Shown: positions 53,995-62,081 of the stretch, piece after piece | How the letters are laid out: each line of letters opens with the position of its first letter | How positions within the stretch are numbered: position 1 is the first letter of the stretch | Assembly (NCBI GenBank): GCA_035708105.1 | Contig: DASSTG010000007.1 | Location: forward strand, 31,838 to 95,837 | Length of the DNA stretch: 64,000 nucleotides | Direction: 5' to 3' | Source: Solirubrobacterales bacterium | GTDB lineage: Bacteria; Actinomycetota; Thermoleophilia; Solirubrobacterales; 70-9 | Made by a program: the position numbers and the translations under genes | The notes under the pieces: generated by a model | Seen by the model: the letters and a program-made list of their open reading frames with translations, nothing else | Database searches by the model: none | Told to the model about the DNA's origin: nothing

Positions 53995-55092
53995 CTAGTC
54001 CCGCAGGGCCGCCGCCAGGGCCGTCTTCAGCTCCTCCTCGCGGCCGGAGATCTCCCCTTCGAGCTTCTTATGACGGGCGGCGCGGAGGCCGCGGCCGATC
54101 GCCGGCCCCTGCTCGATCCCGGCCGCGAGCAGATCGTCGCCGTCGATCTCCAGCTCGATCCGGCGCCAGGCGGTCAGGTAGTGGTCGAGCCAGTCGGCGC
54201 CCATCGCCCGGGCGAGGATCAGCTCGACCGGGTCGCGCCGCTCGGCCAGCTCGACCCCCTCCCCCGGTTTCGGCATCCACATCGAAGCCAGCACCTCCTC
54301 GGCGCCGGGCGGGCCCAGCGCCGCGGCGACCAGGGCCCGCTCGCGTGGCACTGCCTCGGCCCAGTGGGGCGCCCCGAGCAGGTCTTCGACAGCGCCCATC
54401 AGCCGCAGGCCGTCCGGACGCAGGTCGATCACCCCCCACCCGGCGAGCAGCTCGAACCCCTCGCGGGCGCGCTCTTCGGCCGCCAGCCGCTCCAGCTCGG
54501 CACGGCGGCGATCGGCGGAGACGGTGGTGAGGTCGGTCCGCCGCAGCAGTTCCTCCGTCCCCGGCTCGAGCGCGAAGCCGAAGCGCGAGGCGTAGCGGGC
54601 GGCGCGGATCGCCCGAGTCGGGTCGTCGAGGAAGGAGCGGTCATGGAGGACGCGGAGGAGGCCCGCTTCGAGATCGGCCCTGCCGCCGTGGGGATCGACC
54701 AGTCGCGTGGGATCCTCGAGCGGGACCGCCATCGCGTTGACCGTGAAATCGCGCCGGGCAAGGTCCTGCTCGATGTCTGCGGCCGGTGCGACCACCGGCA
54801 GGTTCCCCGGCTCGGGATAGGTCTCGGTGCGGGCCGCGGCGATGTCGACCTCGTGCCCTTCCACGTCGACCTTCACGGTCCCGAACCGCTCGTGTGCGGC
54901 GTGGGCGCCGCCGAGCCGCTCCGCTAGCGCCGCCGCATCCCCTTCGACCACGAGATCGACGTCGGCCCGCGGGCGGCCCAGCAGGAGGTCGCGGACAGCG
55001 CCGCCGACGAGGTAGACCGGCTCCCGCGCGGCCGCGCGCACGGCGCCCAGCTCGGGATGTGAGCTCGCCAGCTCCAGCGCCAGATCGTCCAT
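53995..55092 (-). CDS. cca: CCA-adding/poly(A) polymerase-family tRNA nucleotidyltransferase (head domain, no HD domain)
   Basis: VYLVGGAVRDLLLGRPRADVDLVVEGD, RDFTVNAMAV and DPTRAIRAARYASRFGF. Confidence 0.8.
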   Translation of the reverse strand: MDDLALELASSHPELGAVRAAAREPVYLVGGAVRDLLLGRPRADVDLVVEGDAAALAERLGGAHAAHERFGTVKVDVEGHEVDIAAARTETYPEPGNLPVVAPAADIEQDLARRDFTVNAMAVPLEDPTRLVDPHGGRADLEAGLLRVLHDRSFLDDPTRAIRAARYASRFGFALEPGTEELLRRTDLTTVSADRRRAELERLAAEERAREGFELLAGWGVIDLRPDGLRLMGAVEDLLGAPHWAEAVPRERALVAAALGPPGAEEVLASMWMPKPGEGVELAERRDPVELILARAMGADWLDHYLTAWRRIELEIDGDDLLAAGIEQGPAIGRGLRAARHKKLEGEISGREEELKTALAAALRD

Positions 55093-55120
55093 GGACGCCC
55101 TACGATGACCGTTTCCGCGG

Positions 55121-56089
55121 ATGCCGGGCGATTACAGAGATCGAGGCGGGAGCGAGACGGCGGCCGCGGAGCGGGGCCGGCGCCGCGTCCAGCGGCGGCG
55201 GCGGCTGCGCAGGCAGCGCCTGCTGGCGGCGGCGGCGATCGTGCTCGTCCCGGTTGCCGTCGGCGCCGCGATCCTCGCCTCCGGCGGCGGTGGCGGCAGC
55301 ACGGCGACGGGAAGCTCCTCCTCGCCCGGGAAGAGCGGCCCCGAGTCGAAGCGGAACGGAAACGGCGAAGCCAAGGTTCGGAACGCGACCCCGCAACCCG
55401 GCTGGAAGCCCTATACCGGTCCTGTCCCGATTCTCGAGTACCACGTGCTCGGCCGCCCCCAGACCGAAGTCCCCTACCCCGATCTCTACGTGCCGCGGGC
55501 CAGCTTCCGCAAGCAGATGGACTGGCTCGACCGGCAGGGCTACGAAGCGGTGACGCTGGAACAGGTCGAGCAAGCCTGGTACCACGGCGGCACCCTGCCG
55601 CCGAAACCGATCGTGCTCTCCTTCGACGACGGCTACCGGCCGCAGTACACCTTCGCGCTGCCCACCCTGCGCAGGCACGGCTGGCCGGGGGTCCTGAACC
55701 TCAAGGCCGAAGGCTCGGACCTCTATGAAAGCAACGTCAAGGCGATGCTCGCCGCAGGCTGGGAGCTTGCCGCGCACACGATCAACCACTCTGACCTGAC
55801 GACCCTGGAAGGGACGGCGCTGGAAGGAGAAGTCGCCGGCTCGCGCCGGATGCTCCAGCGCGAATACGGCGTCCCAGTGAAGGACTTCTGCTACCCGGCC
55901 GGCCGCTTCGACGCAACCGTGGTCGCCGCGGTCGAAGCCGCCGGCTATGTCGCGGCGACGACCGAGATTCCCGGCTTCGCCACCAGGGATCACCCATACG
56001 AACTGGCGCGGATCGAGGTCCTCGGCAGCTGGACGGTGGGCACGCTGGCGGAAACCATGCGCGCCGACGCCGAAGCGGCCGGCGCCTGA
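55121..56089 (+). CDS. Polysaccharide deacetylase (NodB-type), membrane-anchored
   Basis: Arg-rich N-terminus plus TM helix, then ILEYH...VLSFDDGY...H...H pattern (LSFDDGYRPQY, ELAAHTINHSDL). Confidence 0.85.
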   Translation: MPGDYRDRGGSETAAAERGRRRVQRRRRLRRQRLLAAAAIVLVPVAVGAAILASGGGGGSTATGSSSSPGKSGPESKRNGNGEAKVRNATPQPGWKPYTGPVPILEYHVLGRPQTEVPYPDLYVPRASFRKQMDWLDRQGYEAVTLEQVEQAWYHGGTLPPKPIVLSFDDGYRPQYTFALPTLRRHGWPGVLNLKAEGSDLYESNVKAMLAAGWELAAHTINHSDLTTLEGTALEGEVAGSRRMLQREYGVPVKDFCYPAGRFDATVVAAVEAAGYVAATTEIPGFATRDHPYELARIEVLGSWTVGTLAETMRADAEAAGA

Positions 56090-56090
56090 G

Positions 56091-56900
56091 TCAGATCCGG
56101 ACCGGGATGCCGTCTGCCGCCAGCCGCTCCTTCGCCTCGCGGACGCGGTAGCGGCCGTAGTGGAAGATCGAGGCGCAGAGGACGGCGTCGGCGTTGCCCT
56201 GCGCGATCGCCTCGCTGAGATGCGCCAGCTCGCCGGCGCCGCCGGAGGCGATCACCGGCACCGGCACCGCCTCGGCGACGGCGTGGGTCAGCTCGAGGTC
56301 GTAGCCGTCGTTGGTGCCGTCCCGATCCATGCTGGTCAGCAGCACCTCCCCCGCCCCGCGCTCGACCGCCTCTTCGGCCCATGAGACCGCGTCGCGCCCC
56401 TCGACCCGCCTGCGGCCGCCGTTGACGTAGACGCCCCAGCCGCCGCCGTACCAGCCGGCCGGCGCCGCGCAGGTCGGCGAGGCGGTGGCCGGCTCCTCCT
56501 CGCGCCGGGCGTCGATGGCGATCACCACGCACTGGGCGCCGAACTGCGCCGCCAGCTCTTCCAGCAGCTGCGGCCGGCCCAGGGCCGCCGAGTTGACCGA
56601 GACCTTGTCCGCACCCGCGTCCAGCACCGCCTGGGCGTCCTCCACCGAGCGGATGCCGCCGCCGATCGTGAAGGGGATGAAGACGTTGTCGGCGGTCCGC
56701 CGGGCCAGCTCGACGATCGTCTCCCGCTGTTCGTGCGAGGCGGTGATGTCGAGGAAGACCAGCTCGTCGGCGCCCTCGGCGTCGTAGCGTTCGGCCAGCT
56801 CGACCGGGTCGCCGGCATCGCGCAGGCCGACGAAGTTCGTCCCCTTGACGACCCGCCCGGCATCGACGTCCAAGCAGGGGATCACTCGTTTCAGTGCCAT
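56091..56900 (-). CDS. hisF: Imidazole glycerol phosphate synthase, cyclase subunit
   Basis: [41 protein letters not shown] and ASGGAG. About 10 extra residues in the loop [23 protein letters not shown]. Confidence 0.96.
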   Translation of the reverse strand: MALKRVIPCLDVDAGRVVKGTNFVGLRDAGDPVELAERYDAEGADELVFLDITASHEQRETIVELARRTADNVFIPFTIGGGIRSVEDAQAVLDAGADKVSVNSAALGRPQLLEELAAQFGAQCVVIAIDARREEEPATASPTCAAPAGWYGGGWGVYVNGGRRRVEGRDAVSWAEEAVERGAGEVLLTSMDRDGTNDGYDLELTHAVAEAVPVPVIASGGAGELAHLSEAIAQGNADAVLCASIFHYGRYRVREAKERLAADGIPVRI

Positions 56901-57047
56901 GGAGAACAGGGTAGGCGCTGGAGGGGTCCGGTCACCAGCCGCATCCGAGTTTCGCCACAGCCGGGTGTGGTGAGAGTCGGATGCGTTGCTCAGCTTGTTG
57001 TCCGCTGACAGCTGCCGAACCCTCGGCGTCTGCCGGAGCTATGTGGC

Positions 57048-57152
57048 TGGAGGGACGGGTGCCCCTCCGATGGGGCTTTGGGCCAAGCTGCTGGCGCTCG
57101 TTGGTCCCTGCTGGGACGTACGGTCTCCAGCGGAGGGGCACCCGTCCCTCCA
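57048..57152. repeat. 22-bp perfect inverted repeat (61-bp spacer) in the hisA-hisF spacer
   Basis: TGGAGGGACGGGTGCCCCTCCG at 57048-57069 and its exact reverse complement at 57131-57152. Each arm can also fold on itself (GGAGGG...CCCTCC). Further small hairpins lie at 56940-56985 and 57014-57027. Confidence 0.85.
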
Positions 57153-57165
57153 TAAAGGCAAACGG

Positions 57166-57891
57166 TCAGTCCCTCAGCACTGCGATCCCCTCGGCCACCG
57201 TGAACTTGCGCTCGTAGAGGGCGCGGCCGACGATCACGCCTTCGATGTTGGGCGCCGCCTCGGCGGCAAGGCGCTCGAGATGTTCGAGCTCGCCGATGCC
57301 GCCGGAGGCGAGGACCTGGGCGCCGGTGGCGGCGGCGATCTCGTTCAGCTGGCCGATGTCGGGGCCCTCCATCGTCCCGTCGACCTCGATCGCGGTGCAG
57401 AGGAAGCGCTCGACCTTGCGGTCGCTGAGCCTCGCCACCGCCGCGGGCGCCTCGACGTCGCTGGTCTCGGTCCAGCCGGAGAGGGAGACCTTGCCGCCGC
57501 GGGTGTCGACCGAGACGACCACGCGCCCGCCGTGGGCGGCGAGGGCCCCGTCGAGGAACTCCGGGTCGCGCAGTGCCGCGGTTCCGATCACCACTCGCTC
57601 GGCGCCGGCGTCGAGGACGGCGGCGACGGCGCCGCCGTCGCGCAACCCGCCCCCCACCTGGATCGGGCAGTCGACCGCCTCGGCGATCCGGCGGACGTGC
57701 TCGAGGTTCCGCGGCTCCCCCGCCTTGGCCCCGTCGAGGTCGACGACGTGGAGGAACTCCGCTCCTTCCTCGGCCCAGCGCCGCGCCGCGTCGACCGGGT
57801 CGGAGTCGTAGGCGGTCTCGCGCTCGTAGTCGCCCTGCAGCAGCCGCACCGCCTTGCCGCCGCGGATGTCGATTGCCGGATAGAGGATCAC
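57166..57891 (-). CDS. hisA: 1-(5-phosphoribosyl)-5-[(5-phosphoribosylamino)methylideneamino]imidazole-4-carboxamide isomerase
   Basis: GTG at 57891 overlaps the hisH stop (GTGA). LYPAIDIRGGKAVRL.QGD, LHVVDLDGA, QVGGGLR and ASGGIG. Confidence 0.93.
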   Translation of the reverse strand: MILYPAIDIRGGKAVRLLQGDYERETAYDSDPVDAARRWAEEGAEFLHVVDLDGAKAGEPRNLEHVRRIAEAVDCPIQVGGGLRDGGAVAAVLDAGAERVVIGTAALRDPEFLDGALAAHGGRVVVSVDTRGGKVSLSGWTETSDVEAPAAVARLSDRKVERFLCTAIEVDGTMEGPDIGQLNEIAAATGAQVLASGGIGELEHLERLAAEAAPNIEGVIVGRALYERKFTVAEGIAVLRD

Positions 57892-58520
57892 GCCGGCGCG
57901 GGGGACTTCGCGCAGACCCCGGCGAAGTTGGAGAGCAGACGGAGGCCGGCACTGCTCGACTTCTCCGGGTGGAACTGGACGCCGAAGACGTCGTCGCGCT
58001 CGGCGGCGCAGGCGAAGCGCTTGCCGTAGACGGCGGTGCCGAGCAGCTCGCCGCCGCTCGGCCGCGGCGCGAAGGAGTGGACGAAGTAGAACGGGGTCTC
58101 CGAGGGAATGCCGTCGGTGAGGCGCGACTCGCGCTCCCACCGCACCCGCTCCCAGCCGATGTGCGGGACCTTGAGGCCCTCCGCCTCGAGCTCACCGACC
58201 GGGCCGTCGAGCAGGCCGAGGCCGTCGGATCCGCCCTGCTCGGTGCTCGCCTCGAAGAGCAGCTGCAGGCCGAGGCAGATGCCGAGGATCGGCACCCCCT
58301 CCCCGCGCCGCTCGGCGATCAGATCGTCGAGGCCGAGCTCGCGGATTCGCTCCATCGCCCGCGGGAAGGCACCCACCCCGGGCAGGACCAGCCCGTCGGC
58401 CGCCCGCACCTCGCCGGCGTCGCTGGTGATCGTCGCGGTGACGCCGACGTGCTCCAGCGCCTTCTCGACCGAGCGCAGGTTCCCCATCCCGTAGTCGAGG
58501 ACCGCGATCCGGACGCTCAT
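57888..58520 (-). CDS. hisH: Imidazole glycerol phosphate synthase, glutamine amidotransferase subunit
   Basis: ATG at 58520 (MSVRIAVLDYGMGNLRSV). LPGVGAF, GICLGLQLL and VQFHPEKS. Confidence 0.95.
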   Translation of the reverse strand: MSVRIAVLDYGMGNLRSVEKALEHVGVTATITSDAGEVRAADGLVLPGVGAFPRAMERIRELGLDDLIAERRGEGVPILGICLGLQLLFEASTEQGGSDGLGLLDGPVGELEAEGLKVPHIGWERVRWERESRLTDGIPSETPFYFVHSFAPRPSGGELLGTAVYGKRFACAAERDDVFGVQFHPEKSSSAGLRLLSNFAGVCAKSPAPA

Positions 58521-59107
58521 CGGTTCAGCGTGCCCTTCGTCGACGGCACGCCGCTCTCGTCGGGATCGATCGAGACCGCGACCCGCAGCGCCCGCGCGAA
58601 GGCCTTGAACGAGGCCTCGATCATGTGGTGGGCGTTCGTGCCCGAGCGAACCCAGATGTGCAGGGTCAGCTTGGCGCTGTTGGCGAGGGCGCGGAAGAAC
58701 TCCTCGGCCAGCTCGCTGTCGAAGCCGGCGATCGAGACCACCGGCAGCTCGGCCGCGAAGTCGCAGTACGGGCGGCCGGAGATGTCGATCGCGCACTCGG
58801 CCAGCGACTCGTCCATCGGCACCAGGGCCGAGCCGTAGCGGCGGATGCCGGCCCGGTCGCCGAGCGCCTCGTCGAGCGCCTGTCCGAAGACGATGCCGAC
58901 GTCCTCGACCGTGTGGTGGGCGCCGGTCTCCAGGTCCCCCTCCGCCTCGATCTTCAGCCCGAGCCGGCCGTGCCGGGCCAGCAGGTCGAGCATGTGGTCG
59001 AGGAAGCCGACGCCGGTCTCGGCGCTCGCCTCCCCCCCGTCGAGGTCGAGCGAGAGCTTGACCCGGGTCTCCCCCGTCTGACGTTCTCTGGCTGCGGTTC
59101 TGCTCAT
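58517..59107 (-). CDS. hisB: Imidazoleglycerol-phosphate dehydratase
   Basis: RETGETRV, GFLDHML, HHTVEDVGI and NAHHMIEASFKAFARALR. Confidence 0.96.
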   Translation of the reverse strand: MSRTAARERQTGETRVKLSLDLDGGEASAETGVGFLDHMLDLLARHGRLGLKIEAEGDLETGAHHTVEDVGIVFGQALDEALGDRAGIRRYGSALVPMDESLAECAIDISGRPYCDFAAELPVVSIAGFDSELAEEFFRALANSAKLTLHIWVRSGTNAHHMIEASFKAFARALRVAVSIDPDESGVPSTKGTLNR

Positions 59108-60366
59108 CGCCTAATCATCGCCGACTCGCCGTGAACGGGGAAGCCCTCCGCGCGGGCCAGGGCGTCGACGTGCGGCGCCAGCTCGGCCGCCGCCTCCTCG
59201 CCGATCTCGACGCTGGAGATGCGCCGGCGGAAGACGCCGGGGTCCAGGGGGCCGGCATAGCGGCCGGCGCCCCCGGTCGGGAGGACGTGGTTGGAGCCGG
59301 AGACGTAATCGCCGAAGGCGGTGGCGCCATAGCGCCCGACGAAGACGCAGCCGGCCGTCGTCACCCGCCCGGCCATCAGCGCCGCATCGGTCTCCAGCAG
59401 CTCCAGATGCTCGGGCGCATAGGCGTTGGCCAGCTCGATCGCCGCCTCGATGTCGCGTACCTGGACCAGGGCCAGAGGGGCGTCGGCGACGCTGGACCGC
59501 GACGCAGCAGCACGTTCGGCCGCCTCGGCGACCTCATCGAGCACCTGCTCCTCGACCGCCGCGACCACGAGGGGGCTGTCCGGTCCGTGCTCTGCCTGCG
59601 CGCAGAGATCGAGCGCGGCCCACTCCGGATCGGTGTCGTGACCGACGATCAGCATCAGCTCCGAGGGGCCGGCCAGCGAGTCGATCCCGACCGTGCCGTA
59701 GACCGCCCGCTTCGCCTCCCGGACCCAGGCGTTGCCCGGGCCGGCGATCACGTCGACGGCCGGGATCGTGCCGGTCCCGTAGGCAAGGGCGAAGATCGCC
59801 TGAGCGCCGCCCATCGCGTAGATCTCCTCGACGCCGCAGAAAGCCGCCGCCGCGAGCACGAGCGGGTGGACCCGCCCGTCCGCCCCCGGCGGCGAGGCCA
59901 GGGCTATCCGCTCCACGCCGGCGACCTGGGCGGGGATCGCGCACATCAGGACGCTCGATGGGTAGGCGGCGCGTCCGCCGGGCGCGTAGATGCCGGCGGC
60001 GGCGACCGGGAACTCGCGTGAGAGGACCTTCTGACCGGCCGGCAGAGCGACCTCCCGCTCGACGCCGACAAATGCCTCGGCCACCCGGCGGATGTTCGCC
60101 GCGGCGACCTCCAGAGCTGCCCGCAGCCGCGGTTCGATCACCGCCAGCTCCGCCTCCGCGTCGGCGGGATCGACCCGCAGCGACTCCGGCGTCACCCCCG
60201 GGGCGTCGAACTTCGCCGTCAGCCGCAGCACCGCCTCGTCGCCTTCGTCCCAGACTTCTTCCTCGATCGGGGAGACGTCGACCGCCGCGGCCGCCGCGGC
60301 CGCCCACGCCCGCATCGCCGCGGCGGTTTCCGCGGCTCCGTCCCACTCGAAGCGCCGCGCCCTCAT
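59104..60366 (-). CDS. hisD: Histidinol dehydrogenase
   Basis: ATG at 60366 overlaps the hisG stop (ATGA). IYAPGGRAAYPSSVLM, GPGNAWV, CAQAEHGPDS and NHVLPTGG. Confidence 0.95.
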   Translation of the reverse strand: MRARRFEWDGAAETAAAMRAWAAAAAAAVDVSPIEEEVWDEGDEAVLRLTAKFDAPGVTPESLRVDPADAEAELAVIEPRLRAALEVAAANIRRVAEAFVGVEREVALPAGQKVLSREFPVAAAGIYAPGGRAAYPSSVLMCAIPAQVAGVERIALASPPGADGRVHPLVLAAAAFCGVEEIYAMGGAQAIFALAYGTGTIPAVDVIAGPGNAWVREAKRAVYGTVGIDSLAGPSELMLIVGHDTDPEWAALDLCAQAEHGPDSPLVVAAVEEQVLDEVAEAAERAAASRSSVADAPLALVQVRDIEAAIELANAYAPEHLELLETDAALMAGRVTTAGCVFVGRYGATAFGDYVSGSNHVLPTGGAGRYAGPLDPGVFRRRISSVEIGEEAAAELAPHVDALARAEGFPVHGESAMIRR

Positions 60367-61019
60367 CCCGCGCGCGCCTCGCGGAGCTTCGCGGTCAGCT
60401 CGTCGATCTCGGCCGCCCGCAGCTTGTGGGCGACCCGGTTGGCGACGAAGCGGGCGCTGCACTCGACGATCTCCTCGCGCACCTCGAGTTCGTTCTCCTC
60501 CAGCGTCCGCCCGGTGGCGACGAGGTCGACGATGCCGTCGCCGAGGCCGACCAGGGGCGCAAGCTCGACCGAGCCCTTGACCTCGATGAGTTCGATCTGC
60601 CGCCCGGTCGACTCGAAGTGGCGCTCGGCGATCCGCGGGTACTTGGTTGCGATCCGCATCATCCCCAGCGACCTCTGCGACTCGCCCAGCCGGTCCGAGC
60701 CGGTGCGCCCGGCGAGGACCATGCGGCAGCGGCCGTAGCCGAGGTCGAGCAGCTCGTAGACCGGCCGGTCGCTCTGCTCGAGCAGGACGTCCTTGCCGGT
60801 GATGCCGACGTCGGCGGCGCCGGCCTCGACGTAGGTCGGCACGTCGGAGGGGCGCATCGTCACCAGGATCATCCCGCTGGTCTCGAAGATCAGCGAGCGC
60901 GAGTCCCCGCGCAGCTCGGAGGTATCGATCCCGGCCGCGTCGAGCACGTCGAGGGTTTCCCCGAAGAGCGCCCCGCGCGGCACCGCCAGCTTCAGCGGTC
61001 CTACGGCGCCGGCGCTCAT
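60363..61019 (-). CDS. hisG: ATP phosphoribosyltransferase, short (HisZ-dependent) form
   Basis: 218 aa. LKLAVPRG, RPSDVPTYVE.GAADVGITGKD and DLVATGRTL. No C-terminal regulatory domain. Confidence 0.93.
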   Translation of the reverse strand: MSAGAVGPLKLAVPRGALFGETLDVLDAAGIDTSELRGDSRSLIFETSGMILVTMRPSDVPTYVEAGAADVGITGKDVLLEQSDRPVYELLDLGYGRCRMVLAGRTGSDRLGESQRSLGMMRIATKYPRIAERHFESTGRQIELIEVKGSVELAPLVGLGDGIVDLVATGRTLEENELEVREEIVECSARFVANRVAHKLRAAEIDELTAKLREARAG

Positions 61020-62008
61020 CCGGAGCCCTCCCCACGCCGCCGCTCCTCGATCTGGGCGAGGTGGACCCGCTCCAGGTAGAGGGCGAAGCCGGCGGCCGAG
61101 CGTTCGAGGCCGAAGCGCTCCAGCAGCCGGTCGTAGCGGCCGCCGCCGCCGAGGACGTGGCCGAGCGCCGGATCGTAGACCTCGAGAATCGCCCCGTTGT
61201 AGTAGCTGAGGTCGCGCATCAGGCCGAAGTCGAACTGGACCCGGTGGCCGCCTGTGCGCGAGCCGAGGGTGGCGCCGACGTCGCCGAGGCGATCGGCGGC
61301 GCGGGCGACCGCGACGGCGTCATGCTCGCGCGCGCGCTCCAGCACCTCGGCCCCGCCCCGCAGCTGCGAGAGGGCGACGCAGGTCGCCACCTGCTCCTCG
61401 CCGGCCCCGGCCCCGATCAGCTCGGCCTCGAGGCCGACGAGGTCGTGGGCGGCGAGGCGGGCGAGGGCCGCCTCGCGCGCCTCCTCCACCAGGCCGTACT
61501 CCTCCAGCAAGTCGCGGTAGAGGTCGGCGTCGCCGAGGCCGATCACGGCGCTGCCGAGCCCGGCGGCGTCGAGCGCCGCTTCCAGCACCTCGATCACCTC
61601 GACGGTCCCGTCGGCGGCGGGCGCGCCGATCAGCTCCACCCCGGCCTGGAGCAATTCGCGCATCTCGCCGCGCTGCGGGCTGACTGCCCGGTAGGCGCCG
61701 GCGACGTAACAGAAGCGGTGCGGAGGCTCGACGCCGTCATAGCGGGTCGCCACCAGGCGGGCGATCGGCACGGTCATTTCCGAACGCAGCGCCAGCAGCT
61801 CGCCGCTCTCGTCGAAGAAGCGGTAGGCGGCGTTGTGGGCGCGGCCGCCGCCGCGGCTCAGGACCTCGTCGTATTCGAGGGCCGGCGTCGCCACCTCGCC
61901 GTACCCGCGCGCTTCGAAGACATCGATCAGCGCAGCCTCGAGCGCGCGCAGCTGGCGCATCTCGTCGGGCAGGACGTCGCGCGTTCCGGGGGGAATCGGG
62001 TGGATCAT
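61016..62008 (-). CDS. hisZ: ATP phosphoribosyltransferase regulatory subunit (HisRS paralogue)
   Basis: PPGTRDVLPDE, GYGEVATPALEY, RFFDESGELLALRSEMT and YY.G..LEVY. Directly upstream of and overlapping short hisG. Confidence 0.88.
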   Translation of the reverse strand: MIHPIPPGTRDVLPDEMRQLRALEAALIDVFEARGYGEVATPALEYDEVLSRGGGRAHNAAYRFFDESGELLALRSEMTVPIARLVATRYDGVEPPHRFCYVAGAYRAVSPQRGEMRELLQAGVELIGAPAADGTVEVIEVLEAALDAAGLGSAVIGLGDADLYRDLLEEYGLVEEAREAALARLAAHDLVGLEAELIGAGAGEEQVATCVALSQLRGGAEVLERAREHDAVAVARAADRLGDVGATLGSRTGGHRVQFDFGLMRDLSYYNGAILEVYDPALGHVLGGGGRYDRLLERFGLERSAAGFALYLERVHLAQIEERRRGEGSG

Positions 62009-62059
62009 CGGCCTGACCTTACGCGGGCGGGCGAAAAACCCCTGCTAACGCGTGCCTGA

Positions 62060-62081
62060 GAACCGGCGCATGCGCCGGTTC
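62060..62081 (-). terminator. Hairpin (22-nt palindrome) at the murA stop, a possible U-tract-less terminator
   Basis: GAACCGGCGC-AT-GCGCCGGTTC overlaps the murA TAG by 1 nt. No U-run follows, so its function is uncertain. Confidence 0.4.

Noticed and set aside
57048-57152. Called a MITE/transposon on the basis of the 22-bp terminal inverted repeats.
   Set aside because: There is no flanking direct repeat (target-site duplication), no second copy in this window and no transposase. It is reported only as an inverted repeat of unknown nature.
56901-57165. Considered a T-box or attenuator leader for hisF, or a 6C-type sRNA.
   Set aside because: I found no T-box consensus (AAUUAGGGUGGUACCGCG-like), no specifier-loop layout, no His-codon leader peptide and no C-rich hairpin loops on either strand.
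56932-57217. Two ORFs (73 aa minus strand, 78 aa plus strand) in the hisA-hisF spacer that both contain EGRVPLRW.
   Set aside because: The shared peptide is just the mirror translation of the 22-bp inverted repeat. The composition is non-protein-like, and there is no SD or TANNNT context.
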